A stretch of DNA of 64,000 nt from NCBI GenBank assembly GCA_964415355.1, contig CAYPYS010000007.1, forward strand, positions 11,208-75,207, in the 5' to 3' direction. This DNA is from an uncultured Planctomycetia bacterium (GTDB lineage Bacteria > Omnitrophota > Gorgyraeia > Gorgyraeales > Gorgyraeaceae). Made by a program: the position numbers and the translations under genes. Under the pieces are notes generated by a model. That model did no database searches, was not told the DNA's origin, and saw only the letters and a list, made by a program, of their open reading frames with translations. Numbering within the stretch: the first letter of the stretch is position 1; the number at the start of each line of letters is the position of its first letter. This document shows, one piece after another, positions 27,115 through 37,564 of the stretch.

Positions 27115-28599
27115 CTATCGGGGCTTGGGCGTGTAATAGTAGATGCTTGCGTGGTAAAAATCCTGCCTTTCTTTTTGAATATAAAAATTTTCAATATAAT
27201 TTAACATGGGTTCTGGATCCTTGACCCAATGCGTAACGACGAGTCGGAGATTATTTTTATGCGCAGCAAGATCTTCTTCGTCAAATAGATTTTTAAGATC
27301 AAAAAGATCATTTACGGCCCTTACCTTGTTCCCCCATTTATAGTAGGTATCTATGAAGTTCATTTCTGATGTTTTATTGTTCATAATGTAAAGAGGTAAA
27401 TCAGCATAGTATGCGAATGGCATCTTTTGTGCAATCGGGGCTATTATGGTTATATCTCCGAGTTGAGTATTATCGCTCATATAGGCTACCATATGCCTCC
27501 ACGGTATCTTTGAATCTTTGTTATAATAGGTATGCAGAGATGATGCGGTAAATATTACTATAAGTAGAATCAGGCAATTTTTAAGATATTTGGTCTTTAT
27601 AGAGCTAAGACCCTTGGCAGCAAAGATATAATAAGCTGCAGAGGCAAAGATGGCATATCTTGTTACGTAAACAGGAAAAAACATAACTGAGAAGAAGAAA
27701 AGAGTGACTATAGGAAAACCCAGCCACAAGAGTAAAAGCCAACCCTTTTTTTTCTTAAGTAGCATCAGACCCCTTAGGGAAAGCAGGAACAATGTTGAAT
27801 TATATATCCAGAAAAGCCATATAGACATGGTATTTTTCATATACTTACCAGCAGCGCCGGAGCCAAAGACAACAAAAGTCTTTGCTAAAGCGCTTAGATC
27901 TGTCTTGGCTATCCAGGCAGTCCTGTCGCCAATATCAGGCATTTGCTGTAAATGGCCGATCTGGATTATGGCCCAGGGCAGAAGGGTCAAAAGAATTATC
28001 GATTGGATGGTAAGCCATTTAACAATATTGCGTCGTCTTATGAAGAAAAAATAATATAGATTCTGAAAGACGAGGACAAAAAGGCCTAATATATGAGTGA
28101 AGACAAGCAGGCTGTTTACGATAATATAGAAAACAAATGTTTTAGTTTTATTTTTTTTCATTATTTTGATAAAAAGCAACATAGAAAGAATGGTCAAGAA
28201 TACAAATAGGCTATAAGACCTTGCTTCCTGGGAGTAATAAATATGAAACATTGATACGGAAAGAATAAATGCACTGTATAACCCGACCTTTCTATCCAGC
28301 AGATCTCGCCCTACCTTATAAATAAGAAGAATAGATAGCGCCCCAAAGATCACGGATAAGAATCTTACCGCAAATTCACTTTTGCCAAAAAGGCCTGTCC
28401 AGCATTTCAATAGTATGAAATAAAATGGCGGAGTATGGTAGGTGCGGGTAGATATGTAGGATAGCTTTGCTCCAGATACTGCAATACTTTGCGCTTCATC
28501 ATACCAAATGCTTTGAGAGGATAAATTATATACCCTGAGGCATATGCCCAGCAGTATAATGAAGGATAGGATTATATAAGGACTGTTTCTTTTTATCAT
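27115..28599 (-). CDS. Glycosyltransferase family 39 / ArnT-like (dolichyl-phosphate-mannose protein mannosyltransferase family) polytopic membrane protein
   Basis: About 11 predicted TM helices. Conserved N-terminal loop YDEAQ (the DE motif of GT-C / PMT-ArnT enzymes). The only minus-strand gene in the window. Confidence 0.6.
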   Translation of the reverse strand: MIKRNSPYIILSFIILLGICLRVYNLSSQSIWYDEAQSIAVSGAKLSYISTRTYHTPPFYFILLKCWTGLFGKSEFAVRFLSVIFGALSILLIYKVGRDLLDRKVGLYSAFILSVSMFHIYYSQEARSYSLFVFLTILSMLLFIKIMKKNKTKTFVFYIIVNSLLVFTHILGLFVLVFQNLYYFFFIRRRNIVKWLTIQSIILLTLLPWAIIQIGHLQQMPDIGDRTAWIAKTDLSALAKTFVVFGSGAAGKYMKNTMSIWLFWIYNSTLFLLSLRGLMLLKKKKGWLLLLWLGFPIVTLFFFSVMFFPVYVTRYAIFASAAYYIFAAKGLSSIKTKYLKNCLILLIVIFTASSLHTYYNKDSKIPWRHMVAYMSDNTQLGDITIIAPIAQKMPFAYYADLPLYIMNNKTSEMNFIDTYYKWGNKVRAVNDLFDLKNLFDEEDLAAHKNNLRLVVTHWVKDPEPMLNYIENFYIQKERQDFYHASIYYYTPKPR

Positions 28600-28675
28600 G
28601 GTTAATTATGTATATAGCTTAGCGGATTCTATGGTTTTATACAAGTATTTTAGATTAGAATCATTAAGATTTTTC

Positions 28676-28705
28676 TTGACAGGTGAGGGGAGCTTATAGT
28701 ATATT
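28676..28705 (+). promoter_or_regulatory. Candidate promoter for the rimP-nusA-infB operon in the divergent intergenic region
   Basis: TTGACA (28676-28681), 18 nt, TATATT (28700-28705). Confidence 0.35.
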
Positions 28706-28781
28706 GTAGCTACTCTTACGACAAAAAGGGAGGAGTAAGAGGATTAAAGTGGGTAGAAGTTTCACCCGCTTTTTTTATTTT

Positions 28782-29231
28782 ATGACAGATAAAATCAGAG
28801 AACTAATACAGTCGGCGTTGGAAGAAGAAGGCGCGGAGCTCGTCGAGCTTATATATAGGAAAGAGGCAGGCAGGCAGGTGCTGCGGTTGCTTGTGGACAG
28901 AGAGGGCGGGATCACGCTGGAAGATTGCGTGGCCCTGAACGAACGCATAGGCAATTTGCTTGAGGAGAGCGATGCAATCACCGAGCGCTACGTGCTGGAA
29001 GTGGATTCACCAGGCATTGACAGGCCTTTTAAAGTAAAACGTGACTACGAGAGGGCGCTGGGGAGGCTTGTCAGGGTGAGTTTGAGCGAGGCTGTATTGG
29101 ATAAAAAAGAATATATAGGCAGGCTTGAGCAAGTGCTCGAAGATTCCATAAAGGTGAATGTGAAGAAAAAAGGGATTTTGGACATACCATTTACGAAGAT
29201 CACAAGGGCTAGACAGGAAGTTGAATTTTAA
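28782..29231 (+). CDS. rimP: Ribosome maturation factor RimP
   Basis: N-terminus MTDKIRELIQSALEEEGAELVELIY is RimP-like. It sits upstream of nusA-infB in the conserved operon. The ORF track's start at 28749 is probably an N-terminal extension. Confidence 0.8.
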   Translation: MTDKIRELIQSALEEEGAELVELIYRKEAGRQVLRLLVDREGGITLEDCVALNERIGNLLEESDAITERYVLEVDSPGIDRPFKVKRDYERALGRLVRVSLSEAVLDKKEYIGRLEQVLEDSIKVNVKKKGILDIPFTKITRARQEVEF

Positions 29232-29240
29232 TACTACGCT

Positions 29241-29275
29241 AACTTTACATTTCAACAACGTTAAAGTGTAAAGTT
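29241..29275. repeat. Intergenic palindromic repeat, subfamily A (reverse-complement form), between rimP and nusA
   Basis: 9 nt after the rimP stop. Confidence 0.85.
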
Positions 29276-29293
29276 AGTCTTAAGGAGTGGAAG

Positions 29294-30592
29294 ATGAATC
29301 AGGATTTACTTGTAATATTGGATGGCATTGAACGGGATAAGGGCATAAAGAAGGAGATTCTTATAAAGGCGATAGAGTCTGCTTTGATGAGCGCCGCGCG
29401 TAAAAAAATCGGTAAGCACATTACTGATATAAAAGTGGAGTTTGACTCAGAGACCGGAGACTTTAAGGTGTTTGGGCCTGACGGTGCAGAACTATCAGGT
29501 GATTTTGGGAGGATTTCTGCGCAGACAGCCAAGCAGGTCATTATACAGAAGATTCGTGAGGCAGAGCGCGATGTTGTGTTTGACGAATACCAGCATAAGG
29601 TGAATGATATTGCCTCTGGCAGCGTGCATAGATTCGAAAAAGGGACGATAGTCGTAGATCTGGGACGCGCAGAGGGGATACTGCCTCGGCGTGAGATTCC
29701 GCCGGATGAGGAATACAGGCAGGGTGACAGGATAAAGGCATTGATCCTCGGGGTAAAGAAGACGCCCAAGGGTCCTGAGATCTTGCTCTCGAGAACAAAT
29801 CCGGGACTAGTGAAGAGATTGTTCGAGCTCGAGGTGCCTGAGATTTACGAGGGTATTGTGGAGATAAAGTCTGTGTCTCGCGAGGCAGGTCGTCGTTCGA
29901 AGATCGCGGTCTATTCTAAGGATGATAAAGTTGATCCTGTTGGGGCGTGTGTTGGCATGCGAGGGCAGCGCGTGAAAAACATTGTCAGGGAATTAGGAGG
30001 CGAGAAGATCGACATAATACGTTGGGGTATTGATACAGGAGAGTTTATTTCCGCGAGCTTGAGTCCGGCAGAGATTTCTAGCGTGAGAGTGAACGAGGCT
30101 GATAAGAGGGCTGAGGTGATAGTGGCGGATGACCAGCTGTCTCTTGCAATCGGGAAGAAGGGGCAGAACGTGAGGCTTGCTGCAAAGCTGACAGGATGGA
30201 ACATTGATATAAGGAGCAAGGGCGAAATCGATAAGGTAAAGGAGATTTCGATCAGTGAGATAGAAGGCGTGGGCGCTAAGACAGAAAAAGCGCTCAAGAA
30301 AGCTGGATTTAAGACTGCGGGTGATATTGCGGCTGCAGACGTGAAGGCGCTTACGAAAGCAGAAGGCGTTGGCAAGAAAACGGCAGAGAAGATAATGAAA
30401 TCAGTGAAGGAGCTTTTGGAGCAAAAGGTTCACGAGGCTCGAGATATCAAGAATAAAGAAAAGAAGGCAAAAGAGGAGGCAGAGAAGGCGCAGGCAGAGG
30501 CACAAGCGGAAGCAGAAGAAACAGAAGAGACAAAAGAGGGTGAAGAGGAAGAAGCGACCGAAGAAACAGAAGGCGGGGAAGAAAAATCTTAA
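29294..30592 (+). CDS. nusA: Transcription termination/antitermination factor NusA
   Basis: S1 and KH domains (VGACVGMRGQRVKNIVREL; LAIGKKGQNVRLA). Acidic C-terminal tail. Confidence 0.9.
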   Translation: MNQDLLVILDGIERDKGIKKEILIKAIESALMSAARKKIGKHITDIKVEFDSETGDFKVFGPDGAELSGDFGRISAQTAKQVIIQKIREAERDVVFDEYQHKVNDIASGSVHRFEKGTIVVDLGRAEGILPRREIPPDEEYRQGDRIKALILGVKKTPKGPEILLSRTNPGLVKRLFELEVPEIYEGIVEIKSVSREAGRRSKIAVYSKDDKVDPVGACVGMRGQRVKNIVRELGGEKIDIIRWGIDTGEFISASLSPAEISSVRVNEADKRAEVIVADDQLSLAIGKKGQNVRLAAKLTGWNIDIRSKGEIDKVKEISISEIEGVGAKTEKALKKAGFKTAGDIAAADVKALTKAEGVGKKTAEKIMKSVKELLEQKVHEARDIKNKEKKAKEEAEKAQAEAQAEAEETEETKEGEEEEATEETEGGEEKS

Positions 30593-30625
30593 CTTTACAC
30601 TTTAACGTTGTTGAAATGTAAAGTT
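30591..30625. repeat. Intergenic palindromic repeat, subfamily A, between nusA and infB
   Basis: Starts on the AA of the nusA TAA stop. Confidence 0.85.
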
Positions 30626-30645
30626 AGGAAAGAAAGAGGGATGAG

Positions 30646-32838
30646 ATGGCTGTGCGCGTAAGTAAATTGGCTAAAGAATTAAAGCTTACAAGCAGTGAGC
30701 TTATTACGAAACTTCGCGCTCTTAAGGTAGAAGTCAAGGGCGCTACTAGTTCTCTTGATGATGAGACTGCGATTCTCGTGAAAGAAGAGCTTATGTCAAA
30801 GAAGTCGACCAAGAAGTCTAAGCCTGCAAAAACGACAAAGGCAGCAGCGAAAGGCAAGAAAAAAGAGGCGAAGGGCAAAAAAAAGACAGCGCCTGTTAAA
30901 AGAGTTGCTAAGGCACCTGTAAAGAAAAAGGAAAAAGCAAGAAAAGCAAAAACAGAAAAGCCAAAAGAGGCTGCGTCGGTTACTGTGGCGCCAGTTAAGC
31001 CGGCAACAATGACACGGGCAGAAGCAGTCTCGCCTGTAGTCCAAAAAGCAGAAAAAACAGAAGAAGCAGATAAAGACTTAGGCTTAAAAGTATTAAAGAT
31101 AGATATACCCGTTACAGTAAAAGAATTATCCATAAAGCTTCAGATAAAACCCAATGAATTAATAAAGAGATTTTTAAGTAAGAAGATCCTTGTCACCATA
31201 AATCAGTCGCTCGACGAGGAAAATGCGCAGTCTATTTGCAGGGAATACGGCTACAGGATCGAGAAGCTTCCTACTCAAGAAGAGGAGATTTTGGCGGATA
31301 GCGAGAAGGAAGATCCGTCAAAGTTAAGGCCGCGCGCGCCTATAGTGACTTTTATGGGGCATGTCGATCATGGCAAGACCTCGCTCCTGGATATGATCCG
31401 CAAGACAAAAGTCGTGGACAGGGAGGCAGGCGGCATCACCCAGCATATCGGTGCATACGAGGTGTCGCTCCCGAAAGGCAACGTTACTTTTCTGGATACG
31501 CCGGGCCATGCCGCATTCACTGCGATGCGCGCAAGGGGCGCGAACGTTACAGACGTGGTCGTGCTCGTCGTCGCCGCAGATGACGGTATCATGCCGCAGA
31601 CCGTGGAGGCGATCGATCATGCGCGCGCGGCAAACGTACCCATAGTCGTCGCTATAAATAAAATTGACAGGCAAAATATTAGCCTAGACAAGGTCAAGAA
31701 GCAGCTTGCCCAGCACGAACTTGCTCCAGAGGATTGGGGCGGAAAGACTATCACAGTCGGCGTATCGGCTAAGACAGGTCAGGGCATAGACGATCTTTTA
31801 GAGATGCTACTTTTAGAGGCAGAACTTTTGGAGCTGAAGGCCAATCCGGACAGGGACGCCAGCGGTATAGTGGTAGAGGCTGAACTTTCCAAAGGCAAAG
31901 GTCCTGTTGCGACCGTTTTGGTTTCAAAAGGCACTCTAAAGATCGGGGATACAGTTGTCGTAGGAGTTAATTACGGCAAGATAAAGGCGATGCTGGATGA
32001 TAATGGTCGCAGGGTGAGAGAGGCTGGGCCTGCGAAACCGGTTGAGATATTGGGACTTTCTGGCGTACCATTGGCAGGAGAGAGATTTTATGTAGTTTCC
32101 GACGAGAAAAAGGCAAGGAGTATCGTAACTGCTAGACGCATGGAAGAGGAAAAGAAAAAGCTTGAGGCCAGGGCTGGAAAGATCAGTCTGGAGGACCTTT
32201 ATAATAAGATCAAAGAAGGTGAAATAAAGGAGCTGAAGATCATTTTAAAAGCAGATGTACGTGGTTCGCTCGAGGCAGTCAAAGATTCTCTTGAAAAGTT
32301 GAGCACGAAAGAAGTAAAACTTTCTGTTATACACGGACAGGTCGGTAACATCAACGAGTCGGATATTATGCTCAGCTCTGCGTCTAACGCAGTAGTGCTG
32401 GGTTTTCACGTAAGCATAACGCCTGAAGCAAAGGCCCTTTCTAAGCGTGAAGGTGTTGACGTGAGGATTTATAATATAATTTATGAGGCAGTAGGCGACG
32501 TGCAGGCTGCCATGGAAGGGATGCTCGAGCCTATTATAGAGGAAACATTTTTAGGCAGGGCAGAAGTAAAACAGGTTTTTAAGGTTTCACGTGTCGGAAT
32601 CGTAGCAGGGTGTTTTATTACAAAGGGAGCCATACCGCGCAATGCAATGGCCAGGCTGGTAAGAAACAAAGAAGAGATTTTTAAAGGTAAAATTACGTCG
32701 TTGAAGCATGTGAAGGATGACATAAAAGAGGCGAGAGAGGGTTTCGAATGCGGCATCAGCCTCAGCTTTAACGATATTAAAAAAGGCGATATCATAGAGG
32801 CGATCGAAGTCAAAAAAGTCGCCCGAAGACTAAGGTAA
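30646..32838 (+). CDS. infB: Translation initiation factor IF-2
   Basis: Lysine-rich N-terminal region. G domain with [17 protein letters not shown] and NKID. Confidence 0.92.
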   Translation: MAVRVSKLAKELKLTSSELITKLRALKVEVKGATSSLDDETAILVKEELMSKKSTKKSKPAKTTKAAAKGKKKEAKGKKKTAPVKRVAKAPVKKKEKARKAKTEKPKEAASVTVAPVKPATMTRAEAVSPVVQKAEKTEEADKDLGLKVLKIDIPVTVKELSIKLQIKPNELIKRFLSKKILVTINQSLDEENAQSICREYGYRIEKLPTQEEEILADSEKEDPSKLRPRAPIVTFMGHVDHGKTSLLDMIRKTKVVDREAGGITQHIGAYEVSLPKGNVTFLDTPGHAAFTAMRARGANVTDVVVLVVAADDGIMPQTVEAIDHARAANVPIVVAINKIDRQNISLDKVKKQLAQHELAPEDWGGKTITVGVSAKTGQGIDDLLEMLLLEAELLELKANPDRDASGIVVEAELSKGKGPVATVLVSKGTLKIGDTVVVGVNYGKIKAMLDDNGRRVREAGPAKPVEILGLSGVPLAGERFYVVSDEKKARSIVTARRMEEEKKKLEARAGKISLEDLYNKIKEGEIKELKIILKADVRGSLEAVKDSLEKLSTKEVKLSVIHGQVGNINESDIMLSSASNAVVLGFHVSITPEAKALSKREGVDVRIYNIIYEAVGDVQAAMEGMLEPIIEETFLGRAEVKQVFKVSRVGIVAGCFITKGAIPRNAMARLVRNKEEIFKGKITSLKHVKDDIKEAREGFECGISLSFNDIKKGDIIEAIEVKKVARRLR

Positions 32839-32871
32839 CTTTACACTTCAACAACGTTGAATTGTAAAGTT
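32837..32871. repeat. Intergenic palindromic repeat, subfamily A variant (..CACTTCAACAACGTTGAATTG..)
   Basis: Starts on the AA of the infB TAA stop. Confidence 0.85.
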
Positions 32872-32886
32872 AGGTGAGAGGCGCGT

Positions 32887-33867
32887 ATGAAGAAACGAAT
32901 TTTAAGCGGCATGCGACCGACTGGTCCTCTGCACCTCGGACATTTATTCGGCGCGTTGGATAACTGGGTGAAGCTCCAGAAGGAACATGATTGTTTATTC
33001 ATGATCGCTGACTGGCATGCATTGATGAGTGAATACAGGAATCCAGCTAAACTGCCTGATTACGCAATAGAATGCGCAGCAGACTGGATAGCGGCAGGCG
33101 TGGATCCTAATAAAAGCACGATATTCGTCCAGTCTCACGTAAAAGAACACCTTGAGCTTTACGCGACGTTTTCTAATTTTGTGCCGCTAGGCTGGCTGGA
33201 AAGATGCCCGACTTATAAAGAACAGTTGCGTGAGCTGGCTTCTCGCGAACTACATACGTATGGCTTTCTGGGATATCCTGTCCTTCAGGCAGCGGATATT
33301 TTGCTATACAAGGCAGACGCTGTGCCAGTCGGAAAAGACCAGTTGCCACACCTTGAGCTAACGAATGACATAGCGGCTAAATTCAATAATTTATATGGTA
33401 ATACATTTAAAGAGATAAAGCCGCTTTTGACAAAGATGTCAAAGCTTCTGGGAGTCGACGGCAGAAAGATGAGCAAGTCCTACGGGAATTTTATTGCGCT
33501 TGGCGACTCGGAAGACGAGATAAAGAAAAAATGCAGTCAGATGTTCACTGATCCTAAAAGGATAAAGCTTTCTGACAAAGGCCATCCAGACACGTGTAAT
33601 CTGTACGCGTATTTTAATCTGTTCAAAAAGGAATATGCGCCTGAGATATACGAATATTGCGCAAAGGCAAAAATAGGCTGTACAGAGTGTAAAAAAAATC
33701 TGGGCAGCGTGATTTCAGATTACCTTGCAGATATTAGATCAAAAAGAGAAAAGCTATTAAAAGACAAAAGCAAGCTTCGCGCAATTTTAGACCAGGGTTC
33801 AAAGAAGGCACAGAAGATCGCAACCAAGACTATGGCCGATGTCAGAAAAAAGACAGGCCTGATCTAA
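32887..33867 (+). CDS. trpS: Tryptophanyl-tRNA synthetase
   Basis: Class I HIGH-type motif GPLHLGH and KMSKS as KMSKS. Confidence 0.9.
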   Translation: MKKRILSGMRPTGPLHLGHLFGALDNWVKLQKEHDCLFMIADWHALMSEYRNPAKLPDYAIECAADWIAAGVDPNKSTIFVQSHVKEHLELYATFSNFVPLGWLERCPTYKEQLRELASRELHTYGFLGYPVLQAADILLYKADAVPVGKDQLPHLELTNDIAAKFNNLYGNTFKEIKPLLTKMSKLLGVDGRKMSKSYGNFIALGDSEDEIKKKCSQMFTDPKRIKLSDKGHPDTCNLYAYFNLFKKEYAPEIYEYCAKAKIGCTECKKNLGSVISDYLADIRSKREKLLKDKSKLRAILDQGSKKAQKIATKTMADVRKKTGLI

Positions 33868-33900
33868 CTTTACACTTTAACGTTGTTGAAATGTAAAGTT
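33866..33900. repeat. Intergenic palindromic repeat, subfamily A
   Basis: Starts on the AA of the trpS TAA stop. Confidence 0.85.
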
Positions 33901-33920
33901 AAGCGTTTATATCGTATCTT

Positions 33921-34643
33921 ATGTCATATAAAGTAAAGCTTGAGGTTTTTGAAGGTCCGCTGGATTTATTGTTATATCTTATAAAGAAGAATGAAATAGA
34001 TATTTACGATATACCCATTGCTGCGATCACGGAACAATATCTTGAATATCTCGAATTGATGCGCATGCTAGATCTGAACATCGCAGGAGAGTTCCTGGTG
34101 ATGGCAGCTACGCTGATTCACATAAAGAGCAAAATGCTCTTGCCTCCTGAAGAGAGCGAGATCTTGCCGGAAGACGAAGAGGATCCGCGCGAGGAGCTTG
34201 TGAGGCGCCTTCTAGAGTATAAAAAATTCAAAGAGGCTGCAGGCGTGCTTCAGGACCTGGAGGGACATCGTAAGAAGATGTATACTAGGACTGTTGCGCT
34301 GGACGTCGATCCAAACGAGAAATTTTTTGAAGCGAGTTTGTTTGATCTTATAACAGCCCTTACAAGGGTCTTGAAGGATGTCCCAAAGGAGGTCTTTCAG
34401 GAGATCATAAAGGATGAGTTTACAGTGGAGCAGAAGATCCACGATCTTTTGCATATTTTAGTGGATACGCCGCGCATGTATCTCTCGGAGCTTTTCAAGA
34501 ACGCAAAAAACAAGCTGGAGATCATAGCGACGTTTCTCGCGGTGTTGGAGCTTATAAGGATGAAGGAGATCATCGTAGGCCAGAAGAAGAGCTTTAGTGA
34601 GATCGAGGTAATACGCAACGAAAAACACCGACTACGCACTTAA
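33921..34643 (+). CDS. scpA: Segregation and condensation protein A
   Basis: Kleisin N-terminus FEGPLDLLLYLIKKNEIDIYDIPIA. Confidence 0.8.
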   Translation: MSYKVKLEVFEGPLDLLLYLIKKNEIDIYDIPIAAITEQYLEYLELMRMLDLNIAGEFLVMAATLIHIKSKMLLPPEESEILPEDEEDPREELVRRLLEYKKFKEAAGVLQDLEGHRKKMYTRTVALDVDPNEKFFEASLFDLITALTRVLKDVPKEVFQEIIKDEFTVEQKIHDLLHILVDTPRMYLSELFKNAKNKLEIIATFLAVLELIRMKEIIVGQKKSFSEIEVIRNEKHRLRT

Positions 34644-34676
34644 CTTTACACTTCAACAACGTTAAAGTGTAAAGTT
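34642..34676. repeat. Intergenic palindromic repeat, subfamily A (reverse-complement form)
   Basis: Starts on the AA of the scpA TAA stop. Lies between scpA and scpB. Confidence 0.85.
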
Positions 34677-34688
34677 AGGAAAGAGACA

Positions 34689-35333
34689 ATGGATAAGGAA
34701 CAGGTAAAACATATAATAGAGGCTATGCTTTTCGTGAGCGACAAGCCTTTATTTGTCAACGAGATCAAAGGCGTGCTGGAAGATGTTGACGCCCGCCAGG
34801 TAAAAGATACCCTGGTTGAATTGGCAAAGGAGTACGAGGATATAAACAGGGCTTTTAGAATAAAGGAAATAGCCGGAGGCTACCAGATCGTGACCAATAC
34901 AACGTTGGCGCCTTGGCTCAAGAAATTATACAAGACGTCTGGCGCAGACAGGTTGACTGGCCCGAGCCTGGAGACCCTGGCTATAGTGGCGTATAAGCAG
35001 CCGGCGACAAAGCCCGAGATCGAAGCGATAAGAGGCGTGAATGTGGACGGGGTATTAAAGACGCTGATTGAAAAAAGCCTTGTAAAGATCGTCGGCAGAA
35101 GAGAAACAGTGGGCAGGCCCATACTCTATGGCACGACATCGGAATTTTTACAATATTTTGGCCTGAATTCTCTGGAGGAATTGCCAAAGTTAGAGGAGTT
35201 TAACATAACGGAAAAGGATATCGAGTTACCAGAACATTTAAAGCAGGAAGAAGATGGCGGCAGTCAGCAGGATGAGAGTCGCCAGGAGGAGAAGCAAGAT
35301 GAAGTTAATCAATCTTCGGAAGAAAATAGATAA
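34689..35333 (+). CDS. scpB: Segregation and condensation protein B
   Basis: ScpB winged-helix pattern (AMLFVSDKPL, LETLAIVAYKQP). Acidic C-tail overlapping the pheA start. Confidence 0.8.
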   Translation: MDKEQVKHIIEAMLFVSDKPLFVNEIKGVLEDVDARQVKDTLVELAKEYEDINRAFRIKEIAGGYQIVTNTTLAPWLKKLYKTSGADRLTGPSLETLAIVAYKQPATKPEIEAIRGVNVDGVLKTLIEKSLVKIVGRRETVGRPILYGTTSEFLQYFGLNSLEELPKLEEFNITEKDIELPEHLKQEEDGGSQQDESRQEEKQDEVNQSSEENR

Positions 35334-36357
35334 TATTGACGGGCAGATCGTCCGGCTTTTGAATAAACGGGCGACTGTAGCCAAAAAGGTTGGAAAATTA
35401 AAGAGTCGCACAGGCGCAGGTATATATGTCCCTGACAGAGAAGTGGAGATATATAATAACATTTTAAAAAAGAGCAAAGGTCCGCTTTCCAAAAGCGCCC
35501 TGAAAGCGATTTATACAGAGATAATGTCCGGCTCTATTTCTCTTGAGAAAAATTTAAAGATAGCGTATCTGGGGCCAGAGGCAACGTTTACTAATCTTGC
35601 GGCCAAAAAGAAATTCGGCAGTCAGGTTGAATATTCTCCCTGTAATACTATTACAGAGGTCTTTAGAGAAGTAGAGGTTTCGAGCTCTGATTATGGGGTG
35701 GTACCGGTCGAGAACTCCATAGAAGGCGCGGTGACTCATACGCTTGATATGTTCATCGATTCAGATCTAAAGATATGTTCTGAAGTGTCGCTTGAGATCG
35801 CGCATAATCTTATAGGCAAGACGAATCTAAAGTCTGTAAAGCGGGTGTACTCAAATCCGCAGGTCTTCGGCCAGTGCAGGAATTGGCTGGATTCGAATTT
35901 GCGCGGCATAGAGTTTATCGAGGTTTCGACTACGAGCAGGGCTGCGGAGATAGCGTCGCGGGAAAAAGGTTCATGCGCTATCGCCAGTATACTCGCGGCT
36001 GAAAAATATAAACTCAGGGTTCTTGCGAGAGATATAGAGGACAATGCGCATAATATCACGCGTTTTCTTGTGATCGGGCTTCGCATTCCGGCTCCGACAA
36101 AGAAAGACAAGACCTCTATAATGTTTTCTGTGAAGGATAGGGTGGGAGCGCTTCACGACATGCTGGCGCCTTTCAAGAAAAATAAAGTAAATCTCACAAA
36201 GATAGAATCCAGGCCTTCGAAGAAAAAGGCATGGCAATATTACTTCTTCGTTGACATGTTTGGCCATTACGAGGACACCAATGTCAAGAAGGCGATAAAG
36301 GGACTTGCGCAGCATTGTGCATTTTTAAAGGTTCTGGGCTCATACCCTAGGCCCTAA
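35299..36357 (+). CDS. pheA: Chorismate mutase / prephenate dehydratase (P-protein, with ACT domain)
   Basis: CM domain (INLRKKIDNIDGQIVRLLNKR). PDT domain with TRF and ESRP motifs (NITRFLVI, KIESRPSKK). ATG 35299 follows the RBS AGGAGGAG. The gene overlaps scpB by 35 nt. Confidence 0.85.
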   Translation: MKLINLRKKIDNIDGQIVRLLNKRATVAKKVGKLKSRTGAGIYVPDREVEIYNNILKKSKGPLSKSALKAIYTEIMSGSISLEKNLKIAYLGPEATFTNLAAKKKFGSQVEYSPCNTITEVFREVEVSSSDYGVVPVENSIEGAVTHTLDMFIDSDLKICSEVSLEIAHNLIGKTNLKSVKRVYSNPQVFGQCRNWLDSNLRGIEFIEVSTTSRAAEIASREKGSCAIASILAAEKYKLRVLARDIEDNAHNITRFLVIGLRIPAPTKKDKTSIMFSVKDRVGALHDMLAPFKKNKVNLTKIESRPSKKKAWQYYFFVDMFGHYEDTNVKKAIKGLAQHCAFLKVLGSYPRP

Positions 36358-36390
36358 CTTTACATTTTAACGTTGTTGAAATGTAAACTT
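36356..36390. repeat. Intergenic palindromic repeat, subfamily A (first of a tandem pair after pheA)
   Basis: Starts on the AA of the pheA TAA stop. Confidence 0.85.
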
Positions 36391-36393
36391 ACT

Positions 36394-36428
36394 AACTTTA
36401 CACTTTAACAACGTTAAAATGTAAAGTT
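36394..36428. repeat. Intergenic palindromic repeat, subfamily A (second of a tandem pair, opposite orientation)
   Basis: AACTTTACACTTTAACAACGTTAAAATGTAAAGTT. Confidence 0.85.
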
Positions 36429-36440
36429 ACAATAAAAATT

Positions 36441-37517
36441 ATGTTGGCTAGAAAAACTATATTAAATATAAAACCATATAAACCGGGGAAGCCTATCGAA
36501 GAGGTGAGGCGCGAGCTGGGACTAAAGGATGTCATTAAGATGGCTTCCAACGAGAACCCGCTTGGCCCGTCTCCAGAAGCATTGTCCGCGATAAAAAAAT
36601 ACCTCAATAATATAAACAGGTATCCTGAGAGTGGGTGTTTTTATCTACGGCAGGCCCTCTCCAGGAGGCTGAAGGTAAAACCGGAGCAGATTATTTTTGG
36701 AAACGGCTCTGACGAGTTGATTATTCTGGCGTTGCGAGCGTTCGTAGGCGAAGGTGACGAAGTGGTTGTTGCGAAGCCTACCTTTTTGATATATGAGATA
36801 GCTTCTAAGATCCAGGGCGCAAAGATAAAGAGCGTGCCGACTCGATATTTCAAGTATGATCTAAAGGCAATGAAGGCCGCGGTGAACAAGAATACAAAAC
36901 TGGTCTTTATCGCAAATCCCGACAATCCCAACAGTACTTATGTTGCAAAATATGAATTGGAGGCGTTTCTGAAAGATCTGCCGTCTCAAGTCATTGTTTT
37001 TATAGACGAGGCATATTTTGATTATGTCCAGGAAAGGAATTATCCTAACGGAATGGATTACATTTCCAAGAATGTAATAGTGACGAGAAGCTTTTCAAAA
37101 TCATATGGGCTGGCTGGCTTGAGGATTGGCTACGGTGTCTCTAAGCCGGAAATAATTAAATGCATGGATTCCGTAAGGGAACCGTTTAATGTGAATTCAA
37201 TGGCGCAGGTCGGGGCATTGGGAGCGCTTAAGGACAAGAAATTTCTCTCGCGGACGAAAAAACTGACACAAGACGGGAAAAAGTTTTTATACTCTGAGTT
37301 TAGCAAGCTTGGCCTGAGATATGTACCCAGCGTTACCAACTTTGTGTTGTTCGAGGTCGGCAGGGATGCCGATAATATATGCAAGGCGCTTTTGAAAAAA
37401 GGCGTTATCGTGCGCAACATGAAGGCATGGGGAATGGATAGTTTTATACGCGTAACAGTGGGCAAAGAAAAAGAAAACAAGAGATTCATAAAAGAACTAA
37501 AAAAGGCAATCTCTTAA
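36441..37517 (+). CDS. hisC: Histidinol-phosphate/aromatic aminotransferase (HisC family, class I/II PLP aminotransferase)
   Basis: YPESG, SFSKSYGLAGLRIGY (PLP lysine) and NPDNPNSTY. It sits in a pheA-aroF-tyrA context, so an aromatic aminotransferase role is plausible. Confidence 0.8.
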   Translation: MLARKTILNIKPYKPGKPIEEVRRELGLKDVIKMASNENPLGPSPEALSAIKKYLNNINRYPESGCFYLRQALSRRLKVKPEQIIFGNGSDELIILALRAFVGEGDEVVVAKPTFLIYEIASKIQGAKIKSVPTRYFKYDLKAMKAAVNKNTKLVFIANPDNPNSTYVAKYELEAFLKDLPSQVIVFIDEAYFDYVQERNYPNGMDYISKNVIVTRSFSKSYGLAGLRIGYGVSKPEIIKCMDSVREPFNVNSMAQVGALGALKDKKFLSRTKKLTQDGKKFLYSEFSKLGLRYVPSVTNFVLFEVGRDADNICKALLKKGVIVRNMKAWGMDSFIRVTVGKEKENKRFIKELKKAIS

Positions 37518-37550
37518 CTTTACATTTCAACAACGTTAAAGTGTAAAGTT
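37516..37550. repeat. Intergenic palindromic repeat, subfamily A (reverse-complement form)
   Basis: Starts on the AA of the hisC TAA stop. Confidence 0.85.
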
Positions 37551-37564
37551 AGGTCGGAGGAAAT

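Noticed and set aside
30624-31133. Antisense ORFs inside infB (30624..31133 -, 30796..31044 -) and many other overlapping antisense or alternative-frame ORFs (e.g. 244..507 -, 17605..17790 +, 27704..28054 +, 47457..48062 -, 57672..58193 -)
   Set aside because: They are embedded in well-supported genes on the opposite strand or in another frame, with no RBS and odd composition (e.g. the Lys/Ala-rich mirror of the IF-2 N-terminus).
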